From IMG/VR virus record IMGVR_UViG_3300042261_001312, positions 186,001 through 250,000 of that record: DNA of 64,000 bases. One strand, 5' to 3'. Positions 18,917 to 27,112 of the stretch are shown here, piece by piece. Under the pieces are notes generated by a model. That model searched no databases and was not told the DNA's origin. It saw only the letters and a list, made by a program, of their open reading frames with translations. Made by a program: the position numbers and the translations under genes. How positions within the stretch are numbered: the stretch's first letter is position 1; each line of letters starts with the position of its first letter.

Positions 18917-19258
18917 ATGAGCACATACAAAATTACAAACATTACACATCTTCTTGGCAAACGTGAACATAAATATAATTCGAATTTAGATATCGAATAT
19001 GTAGATAGTATGAATAAAAAAACAATAGTGTTGAAGCCGAATGAAAGTGTGTTTTTATCCATTGTATCATTGCCATTATCAGTACACAGGTTAAGAGTAA
19101 AAAATTTAATTATTGTTACAGAAACGGGGCAAAGTACACCAAATGATGCAGTTAAAAAAGTGGAAAAACCTGTAGTTAATAAAACAGAAACAAAAAAAGA
19201 AGAAGTTGAGAAAAAGTTTGAAAAGAAAAAACTCGATAAAAAAGAACACACTGAATAA
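18917..19258 (+). CDS. hypothetical protein
   Basis: 113-aa ORF with Lys/Glu-rich tail, followed by a terminator. Confidence 0.7.
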   Translation: MSTYKITNITHLLGKREHKYNSNLDIEYVDSMNKKTIVLKPNESVFLSIVSLPLSVHRLRVKNLIIVTETGQSTPNDAVKKVEKPVVNKTETKKEEVEKKFEKKKLDKKEHTE

Positions 19259-19283
19259 GTATTAATTAATTAATTTACAACAG

Positions 19284-19310
19284 AAGTCAACAGAAATGTT
19301 GACTTTTTTT
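19284..19310 (+). terminator. Rho-independent terminator
   Basis: Stem AAGTCAACA / TGTTGACTT, GAAA loop, T-run. Confidence 0.85.
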
Positions 19311-19399
19311 GCAATTATTTTTAAAAAATTCAAGATTTCCGTTTAAATTACGTATTTAATAATAAATTACATTATTTTATAATATTTTATAAGTAAGAC

Positions 19400-20782
19400 A
19401 TGGACGGAAAAATTAGAATACTTTTTCATAATCTCGACGGTGCGGGTGTAAATTATTTTAGAACATTAACTCCTGCGATGGAACTAGAAAGAAATCATTC
19501 GGATGATTTTCATGTTGAAATCAATCCACAAATAGATTTCAATGACCCAAACATTATTGATTATTTAAAAACATTTCATATTATACATTATCATCGTCAA
19601 TTTTTAAATGACACAAGGCAGATGTATAATTTAGCAATGGAATTAAGAAAGTCTGGTACTATCTTAATGGTTGATATTGACGACTATTGGTATTTGCATC
19701 AAGATCATCCATATTATATGGTTGGAAAAGAAAGAAAATTACACATTCCAATTCTTGAGAATTTGAAAATTGCTGATTATGTTACAACAACTACTGATTT
19801 GTTTGCACAAGAGATTCGTGCAGTAACGGGAAGAGATAATGTTGGTGTTTTCTATAACTCAATTGACTCCGTCTGGATGAAGCAATTCCAAAATAATTGG
19901 AAACCTGATCCTGATGGTCGTGTTAGAATCACATACATGGCAGGTTCTTCTCACAGGGGTGATATTAGACAACTTGAAACAGTAATGAATGTTATTTCAA
20001 GTGATGTTGATTTAAAAGATAAATTTAAGATAATTATTGCTGGTTGGGATACTGAAGGAAGTACTACGGATGTTACATTCAATCAAGAATTTGGTGAAGA
20101 ACTCAAGAAAAGAGGTTTATGGACGACTGAAGTAGTTAAATCAATTAATAATTCAAGGGGTAATGTGGATTTAATTCATAAAATACCTGATGCGTTAAGG
20201 GAAAAATATAGAAATAATGTTTTTAGTGAAAAACAAAGAGATATTAATTCTGAAGAAAGTGTATATTATTACTATGAACAAATCCTAACAAATAATCATA
20301 GAATGATTAACAATCCAGATTATCTTCAATGGCTTATGAATTTTGAGAGAAATGTTACATATGATAATGAAGGTAATTTTGCAAGACGTTGGACACAAAA
20401 AGCAAATTTATATGCACAAGTATTGGATGAAACCGATATTGTTATCGCACCGCTTGCAGACAATCCGTTCAACAGAATGAAATCAAATCTAAAACAAGTT
20501 GAATGTTGGACAAGGAAACTTCCTATTGTATGTTCAGATATTCCACCATATAATGTTCATGGCAGGCATATGGAAAATTGTATATTGATTCCTGCAGAAA
20601 AAAATGCACATAAATATTGGAAGAAATATCTAAAAAGGCTTATCTTAAATGCCGATTTAAGAAAACAACTTGGTGAGCAGTTATATGAAGACTTTAAAGA
20701 AGAATATAATCTTGCCAACGTAACTAAGAAACGTGCTGAATTTTATAAAGCAGCAGTTGTAAAAACATTAGAATCAGTTTAA
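19400..20782 (+). CDS. GT-B fold glycosyltransferase (GT4-like)
   Basis: GAGVNYFR, VDIDDYW, ADYVTTTT, and C-terminal DIVIAPLADNPFNRMKSNLKQVE...IVCSDIPPY nucleotide-sugar-binding region. Confidence 0.75.
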   Translation: MDGKIRILFHNLDGAGVNYFRTLTPAMELERNHSDDFHVEINPQIDFNDPNIIDYLKTFHIIHYHRQFLNDTRQMYNLAMELRKSGTILMVDIDDYWYLHQDHPYYMVGKERKLHIPILENLKIADYVTTTTDLFAQEIRAVTGRDNVGVFYNSIDSVWMKQFQNNWKPDPDGRVRITYMAGSSHRGDIRQLETVMNVISSDVDLKDKFKIIIAGWDTEGSTTDVTFNQEFGEELKKRGLWTTEVVKSINNSRGNVDLIHKIPDALREKYRNNVFSEKQRDINSEESVYYYYEQILTNNHRMINNPDYLQWLMNFERNVTYDNEGNFARRWTQKANLYAQVLDETDIVIAPLADNPFNRMKSNLKQVECWTRKLPIVCSDIPPYNVHGRHMENCILIPAEKNAHKYWKKYLKRLILNADLRKQLGEQLYEDFKEEYNLANVTKKRAEFYKAAVVKTLESV

Positions 20783-20792
20783 TTTTAATATT

Positions 20793-21293
20793 ATGTGGAA
20801 AATATTTAAGATTTTTAAAAAGAAAAAAGTTCTTTCAATGAAAGAATATGACGAATTGGTTGATAAAAAGGCAAATGATATTCGTGCTTTTATTTTATCT
20901 AATTTAACCATTAGGGATGATGATAATCCTGAAAAATTGGGAAATTTCATGAAAGAATTTGACAAAGCATTTACAAAATATCAAGCACATATTTTAATTA
21001 AACTTCTCAGAGAAAGCGAACGTAAGGGCAAACAAAATGTTAAAAGTCCATACTTCAAGTTTGAAGAGTTCTATAAAAAATATGGGAAGAAAAGGAAAAG
21101 TAAGTGGAGTTTTTTGCTTAACTTCATTTACAAAGCAAAAGTTAGGGTGCGATTGTTCTTTTATCAGGTTTGGATGTATTTTCAAATTAGGAAAATAAAA
21201 AAATTGTTTCCTGATATGAAAATATCTAGCAAAACAGCACTTAATTTAATTAATTCTGCAAAAATAAATAAGAGATTAATGGCAGTTAAATGA
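20793..21293 (+). CDS. hypothetical protein
   Basis: 166-aa basic ORF in an operonic arrangement. Confidence 0.6.
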   Translation: MWKIFKIFKKKKVLSMKEYDELVDKKANDIRAFILSNLTIRDDDNPEKLGNFMKEFDKAFTKYQAHILIKLLRESERKGKQNVKSPYFKFEEFYKKYGKKRKSKWSFLLNFIYKAKVRVRLFFYQVWMYFQIRKIKKLFPDMKISSKTALNLINSAKINKRLMAVK

Positions 21294-22219
21294 AGAGATT
21301 TTTTCAAAAATTTATACTCAGAATATACTTATCAATTCATAGTTTTCTAATTAAAGTTGGTATTGCAATGGTCAATACTGATTATGAAATATTGAAAGCA
21401 AATCCTGATGATCTGGCTGAAAAAGATAAAAGAACAACAAGAAAACTGCATAGAAGCAATTTACTTGAAAAGTTTTATGCGGGTCAGCGTGATGAAAAAT
21501 ATGTTCAGGACTATTATGAAATTCTAAAGAAAGCAGATAAATTTATCAGGACTGCAACCCCACACAAGGTTGCAGTCACTGCTGATAAACATCGTTTGAA
21601 TTATGGCATGAAAGATCAGTATGGCAGAAGATATGAACATTATGGTTTTTTTGACGATAAACACAAGCATGCTGGTAAAACAATTGGCGAAGTAATTGAA
21701 CTCGAATTCGAAGAAAGACGAACCAAAGATGATTCATATGAATTGTTGTACATATTTGACAACACTCCAATAGAAGTCGGTTTTTCAAAAGCATTTGATG
21801 TGTTGAAAAAAATCGATGAAAAAAAAGATGAGAAAACTGATGATGTTCATGAAGTTTTTGAAGTATTGGATATTGCAACAAAGTCAAAAACATTTGAATT
21901 TCCAATTAAAGTGAGTAGAAATGAAGAAGTTGCAAATAAAATCGAACAACTTGCAGAATATGTTCACGTTAAGAAAATTGGTTTTGAATATAGGCAATTG
22001 GAATTTTTCATTCCATTAAAATTTAAAACCGATGAAATCGAAGAAAATTCTCAAATTTTTCTTGAACTTACGAATTTTAATAGTATCTTTGCAAAGAATG
22101 AATATGGAGAATTAATGGGATTTGGAATCATTGGATTCAAAAAAAGAATAAAACATAACAATACATTTGAAGTTTGGAAATTCGAAGGAATTGAAATGGA
22201 GAATGTAAGAATAATTTAA
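21290..22219 (+). CDS. hypothetical protein
   Basis: 309-aa ORF with ATGA coupling to the upstream gene. Confidence 0.7.
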   Translation: MKRFFQKFILRIYLSIHSFLIKVGIAMVNTDYEILKANPDDLAEKDKRTTRKLHRSNLLEKFYAGQRDEKYVQDYYEILKKADKFIRTATPHKVAVTADKHRLNYGMKDQYGRRYEHYGFFDDKHKHAGKTIGEVIELEFEERRTKDDSYELLYIFDNTPIEVGFSKAFDVLKKIDEKKDEKTDDVHEVFEVLDIATKSKTFEFPIKVSRNEEVANKIEQLAEYVHVKKIGFEYRQLEFFIPLKFKTDEIEENSQIFLELTNFNSIFAKNEYGELMGFGIIGFKKRIKHNNTFEVWKFEGIEMENVRII

Positions 22220-22229
22220 AAAAGTAATT

Positions 22230-22685
22230 ATGGCATCAGATTTTTTAAATAAATTGAAAAATGCAGTTGAGAATGGGGAATTTAATTCAGAGGCTGCGAA
22301 AAAAATCGTCGAAATTGATAAATTAGCAGATAATGTAAAAATACCATCAAGTAATAGAGAAATTGCTGAAAGATTAGATGAATTGAAGAATGAACTTGGT
22401 GGCGAAGCGAAACAAGTTACCGAAGAAGAAGCAGCAGCAATAAATGCTGAATATGAAAAGCAAATGGAAATAATCAAAAAACAAGACGCAATAAACACTC
22501 AATTGGCAACATTAATTGAGATTGAAGATATGGTAACTCTTTCAATTCAAGATATGTTGACATTTGTAAACGAACTTGAAGAAAAATTCAAAGTTGAATT
22601 AAGTGAGGGTAATCCCGCATTTAATGATTTGACAACAAAACTTGTAGAGGTTAAAAGGAAATATAATACATTTATTAACAATTAA
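22230..22685 (+). CDS. hypothetical coiled-coil protein
   Basis: 151-aa acidic helical ORF. Confidence 0.7.
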   Translation: MASDFLNKLKNAVENGEFNSEAAKKIVEIDKLADNVKIPSSNREIAERLDELKNELGGEAKQVTEEEAAAINAEYEKQMEIIKKQDAINTQLATLIEIEDMVTLSIQDMLTFVNELEEKFKVELSEGNPAFNDLTTKLVEVKRKYNTFINN

Positions 22686-22698
22686 AATTAATTATTTT

Positions 22699-23163
22699 AT
22701 GGCAAAGTTGATTGAAGCATCTGATGAAGTAGTAGAACTATTTGACAAGGTTAGGGACAATACCACCATCAGAAGTTGGGTTGAATTTAAGGTTTTTTGC
22801 AACAACAAACAAAAAAAAGATGTTTGTAAAGCAATCAAATCAAATGAGTTGGTTGAAAAACTCAGTGATGGCGTTAATTTCGCAATCGTTATTAACGAAT
22901 CAATTTTCAATGAATTACCTGCTGATTTGCAGTGGATCGCAATTGAAGATTGTCTTGCAGGTGTCGCTGTTTCAGAATCTGATACAGTATCTTATGAACA
23001 GCCAGATTTGGCAATACATTCTGGAATATACCACAAGTATAAAGACAAAGCAATTGTATTGAAAGAATCCATCAAAAGTCTCTACGATAAGCAGAAACAG
23101 CAAGAGGATGAAGCAAAGGCAATGGCTGGTGGAAAGCGAGGTCGAAGACCCAAAGGACAATAA
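22699..23163 (+). CDS. hypothetical protein, weakly similar to the putative phage metallopeptidase family
   Basis: Layout EASDEV...CKAIKSN...FAIVINE..F..L resembles that family, but the HExxH/HELxH motif is absent (EDCLAG). Confidence 0.45.
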   Translation: MAKLIEASDEVVELFDKVRDNTTIRSWVEFKVFCNNKQKKDVCKAIKSNELVEKLSDGVNFAIVINESIFNELPADLQWIAIEDCLAGVAVSESDTVSYEQPDLAIHSGIYHKYKDKAIVLKESIKSLYDKQKQQEDEAKAMAGGKRGRRPKGQ

Positions 23164-23178
23164 AAAACAATTCAAAGT

Positions 23179-23208
23179 AAAATCCCGATTAATAGTCGGG
23201 ATTTTTTT
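23179..23208 (+). terminator. Rho-independent terminator
   Basis: AAAATCCCGATT / AGTCGGGATTTT stem (one G-U pair), T-run. Confidence 0.85.
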
Positions 23209-23216
23209 GTTTATAA

Positions 23217-23225
23217 GTATTTATA
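23217..23225 (+). promoter_or_regulatory. GTATTTATA putative late promoter (baseplate operon)
   Basis: 24 nt before ATG 23241. Confidence 0.75.
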
Positions 23226-23240
23226 TGAAAATCTTTTATA

Positions 23241-23639
23241 ATGGTATCATATAATATTAATTTTCCACTTAGGGATGATGTTTCGACAAATACCTATTTT
23301 TTAATGACAAAAGTAACCAAAACTGCATTCAGTTCTGATTTACTTTTATTATTGCTAACACAAAGGGGCGAAAGATATTATGAACCAGATTATGGTACGA
23401 ATCTATTGAAATTTATTTTCGAGCCAAATGACTCCCTCACTGCGAATGATATTGAACAGGAAATAAAAAGAACTGTTTCTATGTACATTCCAGCACTCAC
23501 CATCAATAGTATCAATTTTAATTGGAATTATGATGATAATGGTCAACAAATTCCTGATACTCAATTAAACGTTAACATTAAATTTACATATGCAGAAGAT
23601 GCATTTAGTGAACAAGGAAGTCTTGATTTACAATTTTAA
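23241..23639 (+). CDS. baseplate wedge/sheath-initiator protein, T4 gp25-like (GPW/gp25 fold)
   Basis: LLLTQRGERYYEPDYGTNLLKFIFEPN is the typical gp25 signature. Confidence 0.88.
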   Translation: MVSYNINFPLRDDVSTNTYFLMTKVTKTAFSSDLLLLLLTQRGERYYEPDYGTNLLKFIFEPNDSLTANDIEQEIKRTVSMYIPALTINSINFNWNYDDNGQQIPDTQLNVNIKFTYAEDAFSEQGSLDLQF

Positions 23640-23649
23640 TACAAATACA

Positions 23650-24552
23650 ATGCGAAAAAAAATAACAACAGAAGAATTTATAAAAAAAGCACAATTGGTA
23701 CACGGTGATAAATATAAATATCATCATGTTGAATATACTGGATGTAAGAATAAAATAAATATTATTTGTGATAAGCATGGAGTTTTTAAACAAACGCCAG
23801 ATAAACATTTGTCGGGTCATGGCTGTGATAAATGTGTTGGATATGGTAAAACAACCAAAGATTTTATTATATCATCGAAATTAATTCATGGTGATAAGTA
23901 TGATTATTCTAATGTAAAATATTGTGGCATGAAAACCAATGTTAATATAATTTGTAATATACATGGAGTATTTACACAAACACCTGATGACCATTTACAT
24001 GGTCGTGGCTGTTATAAATGCGGATATGACAAAAATAGTAAATATTTTTCAAGCACAACAAACGAATTTATTGAAAAATCTAAATTAATTCATGGTGATA
24101 AATATGATTACTCTAAGACAAACTACGTTAATGCAAAAAATAAAATAACTATTGTTTGTAGAATACATGGTGAATTTACTCAAACACCAACAAATCATTT
24201 AAGTGGTAAAGGCTGTAAATTATGTTCAGAATCCAAGGGTGAATTAATAATTAAAAAATATTTGGATGTGAATAATGTTAAATACATTAGAGAAAAAACA
24301 TTTGACGAATGTAAAAATAAATTTAAATTATTTTTTGATTTTTACTTACCAGAAAAAAACATACTTGTTGAATATGATGGTGAACAACATTATAAATCAA
24401 TTGATTTTTTTGGAGGTAGAAGTGCATTTGAAAAATTAAAAACGAATGATAATATTAAAAATAATTTTGCACGTGCAAATGGCATTCAACTATTGCGAAT
24501 TAAATTTAATGAAATTAATAATATTGATAAAATTTTAAAAAATATCATATAA
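23650..24552 (+). CDS. free-standing putative homing endonuclease (DUF723-like repeats plus Vsr/DUF559-like domain)
   Basis: Three HGdKYdYS...C..HG.F.QTP..HL.G.GC repeats plus ESKGE...FDFYLP...VEYDGEQH. Start set to ATG 23650 (MRKKITTEEF) rather than 23590. Confidence 0.8.
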   Translation: MRKKITTEEFIKKAQLVHGDKYKYHHVEYTGCKNKINIICDKHGVFKQTPDKHLSGHGCDKCVGYGKTTKDFIISSKLIHGDKYDYSNVKYCGMKTNVNIICNIHGVFTQTPDDHLHGRGCYKCGYDKNSKYFSSTTNEFIEKSKLIHGDKYDYSKTNYVNAKNKITIVCRIHGEFTQTPTNHLSGKGCKLCSESKGELIIKKYLDVNNVKYIREKTFDECKNKFKLFFDFYLPEKNILVEYDGEQHYKSIDFFGGRSAFEKLKTNDNIKNNFARANGIQLLRIKFNEINNIDKILKNII

Positions 24553-26402
24553 TGACAACAGATACAACAACAAATGTAATACGCTATGGTTCAAGAACAT
24601 TTGGCGAAATAAGAACCGACTTAATTTCATTAATTAAGCAAACATATCCTGAAGTACTTAGTGATTTTACGGATAGTTCTGTGGGTGCAATGCTTATTGA
24701 CCTTAATGCAGGTGTCGCTAATAATTTGAGCATAAATACCGATAGGGTATTTCAAGAAACTCAACTTGAATATGCTCAACAAAGAACATCGATATTGAAT
24801 ATTGCAAAAAATATGGGATTCAATATTCCTGCAAAAAGACCGTCAGTTACTGTGGTGGATTTTACAGTATTCATTCCAGTACTTGGTGATAAACCAGATG
24901 CATCATATTATCCAACTTTGGCTGCTGGTGCGCAAGTAGTTGGCGGTGGAAAAATATTTGAAACACAAAATGTCATTGATTGGAATTCCCCCGTTAGCAA
25001 TTTAGGTGATCCTAATCGTTCAATTATTCCTAATTTAGATTCAAATGGTGTTGTTGTAAGTTATAGTGTTACTAAAAGAGAAGTAGTTATTAACGGTTCT
25101 TCAAATATTTTCAAAAGAGTAATTACTGTTAATGATGTTGTACCATTTTTTAGTATTGTATTACCTGATCCAGACGTAATTGAAGTGGAGAGCATAATTT
25201 TATTAGAAGGCACGAATTATATAACAAATCCAACCGCAGCAGAATTTAATGATTCTGCAAATAGATATTATGAGGTGGATTATCTAGCACAACAAAGAAT
25301 TTTTGTGGAAAATTATTTAAGTTCATCAGCAAATACAAATACCAATGGATTAAAGGCGGCACATTGGATTGATGTTACCAAAAAATTCATTAAAGAATTC
25401 ACAACCAATGGCTATTGCAAAATAACATTTGGTTCTGGTGATCCAGATGCTGACGCATTTAAAAATGGTTTTCTTAAAGAAGGCGTTAGTAATAAATATT
25501 TTCTTGAAAATTTCTTAAATAATACCGCATTAGGTGAAAAATTGAAAGCAAATTATACATTATTTGTTAAATATCGTACTGGTGGCGGTGTAAATTCAAA
25601 TGTCGGTGCAAGAGTATTGACACAAATCGGTAATTATACATTAACATCAAATGGTTCTCGTCTAGACTTTAAACAATCAGTTGAGAGAAGTTTAAAAGTA
25701 AGTAATCCAATTCCTGCAATTGGTGGTAATGACGGATTAAGTACTGAGCAAATCAGGCAGTTAATTAAATATAATTTCTCATCACAAATGAGAGATGTGA
25801 CATTAACAGATTATTTGTTACAGATTTATAAGATGCCCGGGCAGTTCGGCTCACCATTTCGTGCAAACGCATTCAAAATCAACAATAAGGTTGTGATTTC
25901 AATGCTTGATATTGGTTCGGATGGTAAATTATCGAATACCAGTAATACGTTATTGAAAACGAATATTACTGAATATCTCAGCCAATATAGAATGGTAAAT
26001 GACTATGTTGAAGTAAAAGACGGTAAGATATTCAATTTGGCATTTGATATTGACGTATATGTTGAAAATATTGCGGATAATCAAATTGCTAATAGTATTA
26101 TAACAATTGTTAGAAATTATTTTGATATTAATAATTATGAAATGAATCAAGACGTTTTCTTAGGTAGACTTCAAAGACAAATTCTTGATGCAAATGGTGT
26201 TATAAATATTGTTAGTATTAAAGTATATAATAAAGTGGGTGGTCAATATTCAAATAATACAATTTCACAGGCAATTACAGATACGTCCACTGGAGAAATA
26301 ACAATTATTAATAATACGATATACTCAACAGAAGATTCTATGTTTGAAATACGTTTTCCCGAAAAAGATATACGAGTATTTTTACGTAAAAAGACAATAT
26401 AA
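24552..26402 (+). CDS. baseplate wedge protein, T4 gp6/baseplate J-like
   Basis: YGSRTFGEIR...DFTDSSVGAMLIDL...ETQLEYAQQRTSILNIAKNMGF N-terminus and GGND...QMRDVTLTDY C-terminal gp6 pattern. Confidence 0.88.
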   Translation: MTTDTTTNVIRYGSRTFGEIRTDLISLIKQTYPEVLSDFTDSSVGAMLIDLNAGVANNLSINTDRVFQETQLEYAQQRTSILNIAKNMGFNIPAKRPSVTVVDFTVFIPVLGDKPDASYYPTLAAGAQVVGGGKIFETQNVIDWNSPVSNLGDPNRSIIPNLDSNGVVVSYSVTKREVVINGSSNIFKRVITVNDVVPFFSIVLPDPDVIEVESIILLEGTNYITNPTAAEFNDSANRYYEVDYLAQQRIFVENYLSSSANTNTNGLKAAHWIDVTKKFIKEFTTNGYCKITFGSGDPDADAFKNGFLKEGVSNKYFLENFLNNTALGEKLKANYTLFVKYRTGGGVNSNVGARVLTQIGNYTLTSNGSRLDFKQSVERSLKVSNPIPAIGGNDGLSTEQIRQLIKYNFSSQMRDVTLTDYLLQIYKMPGQFGSPFRANAFKINNKVVISMLDIGSDGKLSNTSNTLLKTNITEYLSQYRMVNDYVEVKDGKIFNLAFDIDVYVENIADNQIANSIITIVRNYFDINNYEMNQDVFLGRLQRQILDANGVINIVSIKVYNKVGGQYSNNTISQAITDTSTGEITIINNTIYSTEDSMFEIRFPEKDIRVFLRKKTI

Positions 26403-27112
26403 TGAGAGATAGTTTAACAAATATCAAATTTATTGAACGTGCAAAATTAGTGCATGGTAATAAATACATATATAGTGCCTCGACATATACGGATGCTAGG
26501 CATAGTGTTGTGATATTGTGTCCCAAACATGGTCTTTTTACACAAAGACCTTTTGACCATTTAAATGGTTGTGGATGTAAAAAATGTGTTGGATTAAATC
26601 GCAAGACAAATGATGAATTTATTATTGAATCAAAAAAAATATTTGGTGATTTATTTTCTTATGATGATACAAATTATATAAATTCACAAACAAAGGTAAT
26701 TGTTAAATGTGTGCAACACGGAAATTTTCAAGTAACACCAAATAATCATTTATCTAAAAAACAGGGATGTCCCATATGTAAAGAATCAAAAGGTGAAAAG
26801 AAAATTGCTCAATTATTATATGACATGAAAGTTCAATTTATTAGAGAAAAAACTTTTGAGAATTGTGTTAGGAAAAAAAGAAAATTACCATTTGATTTTT
26901 ATTTACCCAATCATAATTTAGTTATTGAATATGATGGTAGACATCATTTCGAAATAATTGATGCTTTTGGTGGAAAAAATGGTTTTTCTGAAACACAAGA
27001 GAATGATAAGTTTAAAAATAATTTTTTACATGATAATAATATTAAATTATTGAGAATTCCATATAATCAATATGATAATATTGAAAAATTATTACAAAAT
27101 AATATATTTTAA
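26402..27112 (+). CDS. free-standing putative homing endonuclease (DUF723-like repeats plus Vsr/DUF559-like domain)
   Basis: Two Cys/His repeats plus ESKGE...FDFYLP...IEYDGRHH; TAATG overlaps at both ends. Confidence 0.8.
   Translation: MRDSLTNIKFIERAKLVHGNKYIYSASTYTDARHSVVILCPKHGLFTQRPFDHLNGCGCKKCVGLNRKTNDEFIIESKKIFGDLFSYDDTNYINSQTKVIVKCVQHGNFQVTPNNHLSKKQGCPICKESKGEKKIAQLLYDMKVQFIREKTFENCVRKKRKLPFDFYLPNHNLVIEYDGRHHFEIIDAFGGKNGFSETQENDKFKNNFLHDNNIKLLRIPYNQYDNIEKLLQNNIF

Noticed and set aside
22699-23163. Active phage metallopeptidase
   Set aside because: The overall layout is similar, but no HExxH-type motif is present; left as hypothetical.
7998-27112. Group I introns carrying the endonuclease ORFs
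   Set aside because: Flanking genes appear complete and abut the endonucleases within 0-45 nt, leaving no room for ribozyme cores.
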